Source of the DNA: a virus
Lineage: Duplodnaviria > Caudoviricetes
IMG/VR virus record: IMGVR_UViG_3300044691_000260
Location: 1-61,114 of that record
Strand: one strand, 5' to 3'
DNA length: 61,114 nucleotides
Position 1 is the stretch's first letter. Each line of letters starts with the position of its first letter. A program made the translations under genes and the position numbers. The notes under the pieces are model-generated. The model did no database searches. It was not told the DNA's origin and was given only the letters and a program-made list of their open reading frames with translations. This document shows, piece by piece, positions 19,426-30,641 of the stretch.

Positions 19426-19965
19426 CCGCGCGGGGCATCTTCGCCGAGGGATCGAAGTCCCGCTGGCGGGTAGCGGAACTCCTCAACCGCCTCCCGGGGC
19501 AGTGCTGGGCTGACCTGGTCGGCTGGGTGCTGGGACACAACAGCGCCGAGACGAAGTCCCCCTGGTCTCCGATCGGTTGGGCTTGCCGGTCTGACTTCGC
19601 GGAGACGGGGACCTGCTACTGCGGGAAGCTCCGCACCCCCGAAGCGTCCGAGACCGTCCAGGGAGACGAGTCATGACCGAACCCGAAACCCCGTTGCCTG
19701 CCGAGTGGACGGTGACCGTCGGCATCCCCGCCGACTCCTCGCCCGCACTCCGCGACTCGCTGTTCAACACGATCGCGAAAGCTGCGCACGACTGGGAGCC
19801 GAAGGACCGCGACGGCTGGGACATCTCCGTGTCCGGCCACCCGTCGCCGTGGGACCGCATCGACCGGGCGCAGGCGCTCGCCGAGGAGATGCTTGGCCAG
19901 TTGGTGGACGGCCCTGAGCGCGGAGACGTGGTGGAGATCCTCGCGGCTCTTCGGGGGGACGACCA

Positions 19966-20549
19966 GTGACCACCGAACCCGCCGACTGGCAGCGCAAGTA
20001 TGAGGACCTGCTTGCTCAGCGTGACTCGTGGTGGGGTCACGTGAGCATGGCAGTGAGGGACTCCAACGCTGAACGGGACGCGCTCCAAGCCCCGCCTCGA
20101 CGCGGTGGACGCGATGTGGCTCCAGTGCCGCCAGGACTACTACCGGCTGGTGCACGCCATCGGCTGTATCGAAGATGACGCCGTGGACGAGGTGCTGGCC
20201 GAAGGGACGCGACTGTTCGACGAGTTGGCCGTGCACCAGCGGGACGTCGTCACCAGTTGGAAGCCCCCGCCTTGACACCGCCGAAGACCGCATCGACGCC
20301 GCACTCGCGCTGCACTCCGAGTTCCGGATCTACGGCGAGTGCGACCACCAGCACAACGAAGACGACCCCGGCGTGAAGTCCATTGAGAACGTGGGCTTGA
20401 CCTGCGAGGACGGCTATGAGTACTCGATCTGCCGGGAGTGTTGCACAGCTGGTTCGGGCTACCAGTCGGAGGACTGCGCCGAGCATGACCGTGTCTTCTG
20501 CTGGCCCTGCAAGACCTCCGCTGCCCTGAAGGGGGAGACCCAACCGTGA
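19966..20549 (+). pseudogene. Gene with two +1 frameshifts in C runs
   Basis: High-GC3 frame jumps at 20090-20093 (C4) and 20264-20268 (C5). Confidence 0.55.
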
Positions 20550-22450
20550 GCTACGAATCCCGCGTCTACGACCTCAACCACGACGATGCCGTCTTCGGCC
20601 CGGAGCCGTGCGTCGTTCTCGTCGTCACCGGCACCCACGACGTGTCTCGCCTCGTCAACGTCCTCTCGCAGGGCGTCATCGAACAGATCGGCCTGGCCGC
20701 GCAGATCCGCCGGCAGGTCAAAGCCTCGAAGGGTGGACGTCTTGCTCTGGCGCTGCTGAAGCGGCACGGCGGGCCGGACTTCCTTGAAAAGCTCCCCGCC
20801 TCTACCTCTAAGGACGGAACCCCCAATGAGCAGTGACAGCGAAAACCGCCCGCAGCACGCGAAGAACGAACTGATCCCGATCTGGCAGACGGACTTCCTT
20901 GCCCGCTGGATGGTTTCCGTCGGCAGCACGGTCGACGAGAACGACCCGCACACCGGTTGGGCGGACATCGACGCTGACGCCCGTACGGGCATGGTCACGT
21001 TCGGGGACGAGTACACCCCGGCGGAGGCGCGGCTGATCGCGCAGGCTCTGTTCGCTGCCGCTGACCACGCCGAGAACTTCGGGAACCGGGCACAGTCGCT
21101 GATGTTCGACCTGACCTGCGCAGGCAACCTCCCGGAGCTGGCCGAGTTGCCGGTTGAGACTCAGCGCGCGGTCCGCCACGCGCTCATGGCGGCGGGTCAC
21201 AGGTACCGGAAGCAGCAGCACCAAGCGTCGGCGGAGGTGCAGGGCTGATGTCTGACCCCACCCTCGCTGAGATCCGTGGCTTGATTCGGGAGCACGACCT
21301 TCACACCAGCCCCGACTCTGGGCAGACGGTGGCGCTCATCCGCGACGTCGTCGAGCAGGCGGTCAGGAACCTGGAGGACGAGGATGTCTGACCCCACCCC
21401 AACCCCGACCGAACAGCGCAACGCCATGGTGGACGGCATCACTGCCGCTGCTACCGCGATGCACGAGGGACTTCTCAGGAACGCCAAGGCCATCACCGAG
21501 GCGTGGTACTCAGCCGCGCAACTCCCCAACTTCCCGAAGGGCACCGCCATGGCCACCACTCCCGATCACCTGGACCGCGTCTACACGAAGTACGGCGACG
21601 AGAAGCCCTACACCGACCAGGACACCTTGCAGCAGAAGCTGTGGTCCGTGGTGGACCGCGAGGTCGGGCCGAACGAGGCCGACTTGGTCACCTCGAAGCT
21701 CGTCCAAGCCGTCGAGGAGCACATCACGAAGGTCGGTGTCCGCCGGTGAGCGACCCCAGCCCAAACCCTCGCGCTGCGTCGGCTCTGCTGTCCGGTGCTC
21801 TCGCCCGCCTCGACGTCATCCACCCCGAAGCGTTGCGTGGCCCGGTGCGGGACATCCTGCGGGCAGGCATCGAGATGTGCGTGATGTCGCGGTCCCTGCT
21901 CGGCCAGCCGATCCAGTACACGTTGGACCTCGCCAAGGCGATCGTGGACACCCCGGAGGACCCTCATGTTTGACCCACCTCAACGAAAGATCGAAACCGT
22001 CACTCGTGGTGGGCGGATACAGGTCATCGTCACCGAGTCGCCATTTGACTACAGCGACGAGAACGTTGACGCTGCCGCCCGTGCGTACCTCAACGGGACG
22101 TTCTCCGTCACCTCGTGGACACGGCAGGGCGGCAAGGACGACTTCCGCCGCCGCGTCGAAGCCCGGGTCGATGAACTCCTAGATGCCACCCCCGCTTCTC
22201 CTTCGGTGTCTGTACCAACACCAACCCCGACCGCGGCCAACGGGAAGCACGAGACGTGGGCTGAGCGCGTCGTGGCGGCTGCTGCGGGCGCGATGGGCTC
22301 CGACGTAGCGGTAGACCTCGGAGAGCACCGTGACGTCGCTACAGCGGTCCTGAGGGAGTTGGCGACCCAGCTCGACGAGACGCTGTTCAAGCACGTCGAC
22401 TCCATCGCCCCTGCGCTTCGGATCCTGGCTGACGAGATCGAGAGGACCCC

Positions 22451-23638
22451 ATGACCGTCCCGGGAAGCCCCGCCCTTGCGCCTGCCCCAGAGCCAGGACC
22501 TGACCGCGAGCAACTTCGTAAGCAGATCGCCGAGGAACTGTGGACTGGCCGCGCGGGTCGCGACTACGAGGCGACCGACAAGGTCATGCCCATCGTGGAC
22601 AAGCTCCTCACCAAACTGGCTGACACTGAGCGCCGCCGGTCCTACCAAGAGTGGGCATCCACCCTTCATTTCGAGGGGTTGAGGGAGCACAAGTACGCCA
22701 GGGAAGCAGCGGAGGAGGAGTTGGGCCAGTGGCGCGCGTCCTTCGGGGAGTCGGCGTTACGTGACTCCGTCGAGTCGTTCAACCAGGTCCGTCGGGAGTT
22801 GGCTACCACCCGCGAAGAACGCCGCGTGTTGTGGCACCTGCTGAAGCTTTCGACGAAGCGCCGCTGGCTCGAGACAGGCGCGATCATGGACGCAGCGCGG
22901 CGAGACTGGAACCTGCTGAACAGCGTGATCGAGGCGAAGGACGAACTCTTCGGCCGCTCCGACGACGCCGACGCTCCAAGCGAAACTGCCCCTGTCTTGG
23001 CGCGTGCTGCTGACGCACCAAGTGAACTGGTCACACTGCCCTCCGACTGGGTGGCTCGGATCGACAAGGCGTTCGCGTCGGCGTGGCACTACAACTCGGC
23101 CCGCTCGTTCGTGATCGCGGAAATCGAGGGTTGGGGTACAGCTACCCAACCCACTAGCCCGATGCAGTCGAACGTTCAGCCGGGAACCGTCACCATCAAC
23201 GGTGTCAGGCGTGAGACCGTCGACCCGGATGACGGCTCCGGTATCCGCTTCCCTGAGGGCTACACCCCCGTCCGGGACACCCCCGACAACTGCGGTGAGT
23301 GCGGCCAGCACTGGGACGACCACACCGGTACCCAGAGCGGCCTGTGCGTCACAGTTCCGCCGAGCGAGTGCCCGTGTGGCATCGGTTCGGGTCGGCTCGC
23401 ACACGACAGTGATGACCCGAAGTGCGTCTATCACGTCGCCGCTCCTTCCCCGGAGGAGAAGCAAGCAACCGCCCGCCCAAGCGAGGAGTTCCGTAACGGC
23501 ATCGACTGGTGCCCTCAGTGCCGCATCGACGTCGGCACGCTTCGGTACACCCACGGCTCGTACGGACCTGAGCGCTGCGGAAACTGCGACACCGACCTGA
23601 TCCGCCGTCCTGCTGGTGGTACCGGGGACCCGACATGA
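22451..23638 (+). CDS. Mosaic hypothetical protein (coiled coil + Cys-rich modules)
   Basis: 395-aa coupled ORF. Confidence 0.6.
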   Translation: MTVPGSPALAPAPEPGPDREQLRKQIAEELWTGRAGRDYEATDKVMPIVDKLLTKLADTERRRSYQEWASTLHFEGLREHKYAREAAEEELGQWRASFGESALRDSVESFNQVRRELATTREERRVLWHLLKLSTKRRWLETGAIMDAARRDWNLLNSVIEAKDELFGRSDDADAPSETAPVLARAADAPSELVTLPSDWVARIDKAFASAWHYNSARSFVIAEIEGWGTATQPTSPMQSNVQPGTVTINGVRRETVDPDDGSGIRFPEGYTPVRDTPDNCGECGQHWDDHTGTQSGLCVTVPPSECPCGIGSGRLAHDSDDPKCVYHVAAPSPEEKQATARPSEEFRNGIDWCPQCRIDVGTLRYTHGSYGPERCGNCDTDLIRRPAGGTGDPT

Positions 23639-24573
23639 CCCGGCCGGCGGATGTGGCGGAGCTTTGCGCCGGCCCGGGAGGCTGGGGTGTCGGCGCCGCC
23701 ATGACCGGCTACGAGGGACGCATGGTGGGTCTGGACGTCAACGCCGATGCGTGCCGGACCGCCACCGCGGCGGGCCATGAGCGGATCTGCGCTGACGTGT
23801 CGACCTACCCCACTGCTCTGTTCTCGAGGGTGGACGGGCTGATCGGGTCACCGCCGTGCCCTCCGTGGTCGCAGTCCGGAAGCCGCCTCGGCCCGCTGGA
23901 TAGGTCGCTGGCACTGGCGCGGATCGGGGCGTTTGCCGCCCACCGCACGCCCGCGGTGGAGCAGTGGAACGACGACCGGTCGTTCCTGTCCGCCGAACCG
24001 ATGCGGTGGGCTGTGGCGCTCCGCCCCCGCTGGATCGCCCTCGAGCAGGTGCCGGGTGCTCTGGCGCTGTGGCAGCACATCGGCGGCCACCTCGAAACCA
24101 TGGGCTACACCGTCGCCACCGGGGTACTGCGCGCTGACGCGTACGGGGTGCCGCAGACCCGGCGCCGCGCGGTCCTCATCGCCCGCCGCGACGCCATCCC
24201 CGCGGGCCTGCCGGCACCCACCCACCAAGCCCACGGAACCACCGGCCCGCTCCCTGCCGCGGTCACCATGCACAACGCGATCGGCTGGGGACTCACCGAC
24301 CGGCCGGCGTGGACCGTCACCGGAGGAGGCACCCGAACCGGCGGCGCCGAAGTGTTCGGGAACGCGAAGTGCCGGACACAGATCGGCAACCGCCGACCTA
24401 CCGTCGCCGAATGCGCCGTCCTCCAGTCCTTCCCCGCGGACTACCCGTTCACGGGCGACACCGCCGGCTCCCGCCACCAGCAGGTGGGCGACGCGATACC
24501 CCCACTGCTGGCCGCGGCGATCCTCCGCCCCCTGATCGCTTCCCCCGCTCTGTCTGAGAGGTCCGCGGCGTGA
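23635..24573 (+). CDS. DNA (cytosine-5) methyltransferase
   Basis: ELCAGPGG (motif I), GSPPC (IV), EQV (VI), YGVPQTRRR (VIII), QSFP and QVGDAIPP (X). Confidence 0.9.
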   Translation: MTRPADVAELCAGPGGWGVGAAMTGYEGRMVGLDVNADACRTATAAGHERICADVSTYPTALFSRVDGLIGSPPCPPWSQSGSRLGPLDRSLALARIGAFAAHRTPAVEQWNDDRSFLSAEPMRWAVALRPRWIALEQVPGALALWQHIGGHLETMGYTVATGVLRADAYGVPQTRRRAVLIARRDAIPAGLPAPTHQAHGTTGPLPAAVTMHNAIGWGLTDRPAWTVTGGGTRTGGAEVFGNAKCRTQIGNRRPTVAECAVLQSFPADYPFTGDTAGSRHQQVGDAIPPLLAAAILRPLIASPALSERSAA

Positions 24574-26518
24574 CTGTTCCCAGTGTCCCTACCCCACCCC
24601 CCAGCCCAGTACAGCCAGCAACCGAGTTGTTCAAGCGTGCGCCCGGTGGTGGGACCGCTTACCTGAAGGCAGAGGAGACAGCAGTGACAGAGGGCGAGAA
24701 CGGGCATCTTCCAGCCGAGCCGTTGGCTTCTGGCGCGGCGGTGATCTTCGAAGCGTGGCGGATGCTCGGCCCCGGAGCGACGCCGCAGAACGCGGCTGGT
24801 GTGCTGGCGCAGGCCCTGATCGATGCTGGGTGGGGCCCTGTCGCGGCCCCTTCTGTTGCGGTACAGCCCGAATACCCAGCGAACATGGTCAAGATCCTCG
24901 CTCAGTTGCTGGAGCAGTACTACGAGCACGGCGTGGGGCAGGACTGCGTCAACTACGAGGAGTCCGCGAAACGGTTCGTCGCGGGCTGGACCCCGGCTTC
25001 TACAGCACCACCAGCACCCCAACCCGAAACCGAGTGGGGCTACAGGACGCCAGGCGACGACTTCGTCACGCAGTCTGCCGAGGAGGTAGCTCGCCGCTGG
25101 GTGGCGTTCGCTCACCCCGGCATGCGCACTCTCGTCTCCCGCACGGTGGGCCCGTGGACGGCGGTGACCGAATGACCGCCCGGTACCCCGAAGACCTCCC
25201 TGGGGCGACGTGATGGCAACGAGACCCGGACACCCCAGCACCCACGGCCACCACATCAACCACATCACCTGCGGCAGCAGCTACCACCGCCAGTGCAACG
25301 GCTTCTCCGGTGACGGCTATGACACCTACCTCTGTGGGTGCTGCTGCCACGACCTCGACAGCTACCCCAAGTCCGTCACCGACGCCGACCGCGCCTGGAT
25401 CCAACGCGTCACCGCCCTCCCTGTCCCTTCCCCCGAAGACCTGGAGAAGCCCAATGGCCACTGATACCCGAAAGATCTCCGTCGGAGACAAGCTGAAGTT
25501 CCTTGGCGAGAAGCAGCGCTACAAGGTCCAGGCCGTCAGCGGAGATGGGAGGTGGGCGGTGTGCACGAAGCCGTTCAACCTCCAGCGCACGGTGGTGTAC
25601 ACGGTGGTGGACTTCGTCGACGGCGTGCGCGGTGTCGACAACTACGGCGGCCTCGGATACGAGACGGCCGAGCACTGCGAGCGGGCGTGCGCGATGTTCG
25701 AGTCCGGCGACGCCGAGCACTCCCGCCGCCACCCGCCGATCCCGCTGCGGATCAACTACCCGCTGTCCGTGCTCGCTGTCCCTTCCCCTGAGGAGACCAC
25801 CGATGGCCAGTGAGTACCCGTGCGCCGGCTTTACCATGCCGCAACCGGCGGACACCCCGTACGAAGGGTTCTTACCCTGCTACCGAGGTGGCCACCCCTG
25901 CGATGTCACCGTGGAGACGAGGGAGACGGACACCGACACCACTACCGAGTGTCGTTGTCGGTGCTGCGGTGACCTGAAGTGGATGTCCTGCACACCCCCC
26001 AACGTGTTCTCCGGGGGTTCGGGTACAGACCTACCAGACGCAGAGAAGAAGCAGCGATGAGCAGACGATGGAACTTCAGGGCCGCCAACGATGACCTTCT
26101 CGAAGTCGTCACCAACTACGACGACACGGTCCGCTTCCACGTGTCCGACGAGGACGAGGGCCACTACCTCGACGTCCCGCTGTCCGCGATCCCCTCGCTC
26201 ATGGAGCACCTTCAGAGCGCGGTTGAAGGGCTGGCCGCATGATCCACGACCCCGCCGGCGAGCAGGAGAAGGCGTCATGACACCCGTCCGCGTACTGCTC
26301 GACAACTACACGCGCACCTACCCGATGAACCGGTCAGCGAACGAGCTAGCGGACGTCCTCCGAGGCATCCTCATGATCCATACCCCAGACCTTGACGGGT
26401 TCTGCGTGGTGTGCCTCGACGCGGAGCGGGACCTTCCGCTGTCGTTCCCCTGCGACACCGTGTGTTTGATCATCAATGCGGTGGATCCGGGTATCGCTGG
26501 CGGACAGGCGGTACAGCC

Positions 26519-26941
26519 GTGACCCCTTCGGGTGAGCTGAGAGAAGCAGCAGCACTCCTCCGATCCCGCGCCGGGAAGGCAACCCCAGGGCCGTGGACAG
26601 CAGGGGAGCCGTGGCAGATCACGGGCAACCCGGACCCGGTTCAGACGGTCACCGCAGTCGGCGAACACCATCAGCACGTCGACGTCGCCGGGTATCGGGT
26701 GCAGACGGAGGACTACGGCGACGACGGAGGCATCGACCCGGGTGACGCCGAGTGGATCGCCATGATGTCCCCGGCCGTTGCCGAACCGCTGGCCGCGATG
26801 TTCGATCACGCCGCTGATGTAGCCGACCGCATGGACCGCCACTCTCCCGGTGGCCAGTGCCGTGAGGACCAGTACGTGCACTCCGTCGTGTGCGCTTTGG
26901 CTGTATCTCGTTCCATCACCAAAGCACAGGAGGCACCGTGA
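26519..26941 (+). CDS. Ead/Ea22-like protein
   Basis: ATPGPW and DAEWIAMMSP motifs. Confidence 0.55.
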   Translation: MTPSGELREAAALLRSRAGKATPGPWTAGEPWQITGNPDPVQTVTAVGEHHQHVDVAGYRVQTEDYGDDGGIDPGDAEWIAMMSPAVAEPLAAMFDHAADVADRMDRHSPGGQCREDQYVHSVVCALAVSRSITKAQEAP

Positions 26942-27267
26942 GCTCCTACACGGCAGCGTTCGGGCAACGTCTACAGGAGGCCCGCGTCGCGGCTGAGATG
27001 TCGCAGACGGGCCTCGGCGACCTCGTCGGCGTGTCTCGAGCAAGCATCGCGAACATCGAGGCAGGACGGCAGGCGGTCAGGGCCGAACAGGTCGTTGAGC
27101 TCGGTGCGGTGCTCGCCGTGGACCCTCGTGGTCTCCTCGTCGGCTGGGCACCGACTTCAGCACCAATGCCCAAGTCGGCGTTGTCCAGCAAAAAGCTCGC
27201 CAGCATCGCAGATGACCTCCGCAAAGCCGCGGACATCCTCAACCCCACCAAAGCGCAGGAGGCATAG
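26938..27267 (+). CDS. XRE-family HTH protein
   Basis: FGQRLQEARVAAEMSQTGLGDLVGVSRASIANIEAG. Confidence 0.85.
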   Translation: MSSYTAAFGQRLQEARVAAEMSQTGLGDLVGVSRASIANIEAGRQAVRAEQVVELGAVLAVDPRGLLVGWAPTSAPMPKSALSSKKLASIADDLRKAADILNPTKAQEA

Positions 27268-27511
27268 ACCATGACCCTCAGAATCGATCCTGCGAAGCCG
27301 CCGAAGCGGGCGCACACCTACTACGCGTGCGTGAAGTGCGGCACCATCAACGACGACTACACGGCGTTCGCCGCTGGCTCGCTGGACCACCCAAAGTACT
27401 ACTGCCTCGGCGCCTGCATCCCGCTGCGTTCGCGGTTCCGGCTGTGGCGTCAGGAGCGGGCCTACTTGCGCGTATGTCGTCGATCCTCGGCCCGTTTGGC
27501 TGCCACTAAAG

Positions 27512-27961
27512 CAGGAGGAGACCAGCCGTGATCGACAACTTCGACGGCATCATGCCGGTTATGCCTGTTCAATGCGGGTGTGGCAGGTGGGTGGAGCTGA
27601 ACGACACCAGGGGCTGCCACGACTGCCACGACAGGGTGCTGCGGTGCAAGGCGTGCGCCCGCGAGCACAAGGACGAGCACGTCGACGAGGACGAGGAAGC
27701 AGGAGGAGACCACGTTCAGGGTCTCCAGCATGTCGCCGTGCTGCCTGCCGTTGGCGTGCGCCCGGCGGGTTCCAGGAGGAGACCAGCGACCCGGCGTCCG
27801 GGGTTCGTGTGGCTCGTCCTCGGTACCGCGAGCGACGTAGGGAGTGTCTTCACGCACTGGGCGCCGTTCGAAGTGCTGACGCTGCCGCTTCTGATCATCG
27901 CAATGTTGACCGTCACGGCGGATCGGTTCTCCGCGAGACGTCGCAATCCAGGAGGAGACCA
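27512..27961 (+). repeat. Four copies of CAGGAGGAGACCA
   Basis: Exact 13-mer at 27512, 27700, 27773 and 27949. Confidence 0.9.
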
Positions 27962-29058
27962 GTGACCGAGCCGGCAGCGGCACGCTACGTCGCCCGCGAG
28001 AACACCCCCACCTTCGAATGGCACGTCGTCGACACCGACAGCGAGGAAGTGGCGGCCTCGTACACGTTCGAGATCTCCGACAGGGCGCACCTCTGCGCAG
28101 GAGTAGTCCACGGCGCCAACGGAGCGCGAAATGCTGCTACTACATCCAGGGCCGCCACGACTCGCGATCTTCGCGTTCAGCACCACCTTCTCTGCCTCTT
28201 CGAGCCTTCCCCTCCGGGTCCATGTCGCGCCCAATACGGGCCAGAGCTGCGCCATGACTGAGAGGTTCTTCGCACACGCCTCAGCGATGCCGCGGGCGTA
28301 ACCTGCGGGCCTCAGCGGCACGACGGCGGCCGTGTGCAGCTACCCCGGCCCACCATTCCCGACCCTGCGTTGTGGGTTGGTCACTTCGGTGGTGTACCGA
28401 GCCGAGTCAAGAAACGCCTTCATCCGAGGCGACAGGCCAGAAAGTCATGGGGACCTTCCGGCAGATGTAGCGGGGTTTCATGGTGCCAACACCGGTCGGG
28501 ATGGATTGTTCTTGCAGTACGCATGGAGAGAGGAGAGATCGATGGCTGAGTTGGAGTGCCACTGCAACCTCTGCGCAGGCGTCGTCCGTGGCGCCAACGG
28601 AGCGACCTGGTCCGACCTGGTAGCCCAACCGGTCCACGCACATGTGGACATCACCTGCTGCCACTACTTCAACGGCCACCACACCACGGACTGCAAGAAC
28701 CACCCGTCACGGCAGGTGACCCGATGACGCTCCCCAACGACTTCAACCCCCTCGACGACAAATACCGGTACTGCGTCTACTGCTTCGCCGACTGCTGGCC
28801 TGAACCAGAGAACCAACGGCACGGCCCTAACTGCCCTGTGGTCACGGGGTTGTTCCCCGTGATGGAGATGGAACGCCTCCCTGACGGAACCTTCGGCGGG
28901 TGCTCCTACTGCGCCGTCCCGTTGAAACTGGGGGACGTGTACGTCCTCGTCAACGACGACACGGGCACCGTCACCAAGGGACGCCCGACGACAGGATGGG
29001 TTGTGTGCCTCGGGTGCGCTGCTGTTGGTGCTGACCCGCGAGTGGAAGGGAACCAGCC

Positions 29059-29874
29059 GTGATCCACCTCTGTGCCGCCTGTGGTGGCCCGCGTAACTCC
29101 AACCGGTGGCTGTGCTCCAACCCTGACCCGAAGAACCCGGGGTGTCAGGAGGACCTTGAGCGGCGTCTTCGGACGATGCCTGAGCTGTGGGCTGATCTGG
29201 AGACGACGTTGACCCGTCAGGATGTGATCGGCGGCGATGGCGGCCGGAAGTCCAGCGAGTCAGCGATGGTGTTCAAGTCGTCCGCCGACGAAGCCAAAAC
29301 CCTCCTGCGGGAGACGGTGACGGCGTGGGTGAGTGTGTTCGCTGACCTTACCGCGGAGCCCCTGCCGCGCGGCGCCGACTCCCACGTTCTCGTCGCGGCA
29401 CGCTGGCTTCACGCGCACCTCCCGATGATCCTCAAATCAGACGACTCCGTGCAGCTCGCCGACGAACTCGGGCATGCGGTGGAGGTAGCTAACCGAGCGG
29501 TTGACCGACCGGCGGTGATGCTCGGCCTCGGGAAGTGCCAGGACGAGTGGTGCGAGCGGTTCATGTACGTCCCGCAGGAGGGCAGGTGGGCCGACCAGTA
29601 CCAGTGCCGCTGCGGTGCGGTGTACGAGCTTCCTGAGTTGCTGGCCGGGTTGGCGACGAAAGCGGAGGAGGCGTTGGTGTCGTCGAAGGTCGCGAGGGAC
29701 TGGGTGCTGATGCTGCTGGGGAAGCGGATCTCGCAATCCACTTTCGCGACGTGGTGCGCGAGGGACAAACTCAAGCAGGTGGACTGGACGGCAGCCGGCG
29801 AGAAGGCGTACCGCTTTGGTGACGTACGCGATCAGGCTTTGGTGTGGGTAACGAAAGGGAAGGCAGCAGCATGA
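29059..29874 (+). CDS. Zn-ribbon + C-terminal HTH protein (putative late regulator)
   Basis: CxxC motifs, PELWADL, terminal TFATWCARDKL...YRFGDV. Confidence 0.6.
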   Translation: MIHLCAACGGPRNSNRWLCSNPDPKNPGCQEDLERRLRTMPELWADLETTLTRQDVIGGDGGRKSSESAMVFKSSADEAKTLLRETVTAWVSVFADLTAEPLPRGADSHVLVAARWLHAHLPMILKSDDSVQLADELGHAVEVANRAVDRPAVMLGLGKCQDEWCERFMYVPQEGRWADQYQCRCGAVYELPELLAGLATKAEEALVSSKVARDWVLMLLGKRISQSTFATWCARDKLKQVDWTAAGEKAYRFGDVRDQALVWVTKGKAAA

Positions 29875-30368
29875 CGGACCAGCCGCCGCAGTCTCCGGTG
29901 GAAGCGATGGAGGCGAGCGTGGGGTACATCAAGTCGGTGTACGGGGGTCCGATCTCGCCCGGCTACATCACGTCGATGAAGCCGCTGACGTTCGGGTTCT
30001 ACACGCCTGTCCCGCAGACGGAGGAGGAGAAGGCAGCGACCGCCGTGTGGGCCGCTGAGCGCGAAGCTAAGGCCGCGCGGCAGGCAGCCCGCCACCTTGT
30101 ACTGGCCGCGTCGGCGGAGCCGCTCGTAGCGGCTCTGGCTGACCTCCACAAGCCGGTGCTGAGGTCCGGCGGCGAGATCGAGTGTCAGGGTTGCGACGCT
30201 GAGGGCTACGAGTGGGAGTACCCGTCGTGGCCGTGTAGGACGTGGGAACTGCTCGACAAGACAGCACCGTAGTTCGCTGTTTCGTTGCCCTGTATGGGAT
30301 AATGGCTTAGAGCCCCGGCGAGCATGCGACTGCCCCCGGGGCCGTGGCCGACTACAAAGGAGTCAGCA

Positions 30369-30641
30369 ATGACAGATTCTAAGCGACCTCGGTTAACCCC
30401 CGAGCAGCGCTCCCAGAGTGCGCGGATCGCAGCGCTCACCCGATGGTCTAAGGAAGATCCCGCCGCGACCGCCGCCCGCGGCCAGGCCGGGCTACTGGCG
30501 CGCTTCGAACGCGAGGTAGATCCGAACAACGAACTCCCACCGGCTGAGCGATCCCGGCGCGCTGTCGCCGCCCGTAAAGCGCACATGGCGAGACTGGCGC
30601 ATCGCGGCCATCCTCGTAGGGCTCGCGGACTTCGACCGTGA
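30369..30641 (+). CDS. Arg/Ala-rich hypothetical protein, 3' end fused by deletion
   Basis: Own promoter (GATAAT) and aaaggag SD; a headless high-GC3 frame continues 30601-30840. Confidence 0.55.
   Translation: MTDSKRPRLTPEQRSQSARIAALTRWSKEDPAATAARGQAGLLARFEREVDPNNELPPAERSRRAVAARKAHMARLAHRGHPRRARGLRP

Noticed and set aside
28089-28604. Diversity-generating retroelement TR/VR pair
   Set aside because: Three of four mismatches in the first block are at A, but downstream mismatches are not A-specific and no reverse transcriptase is encoded
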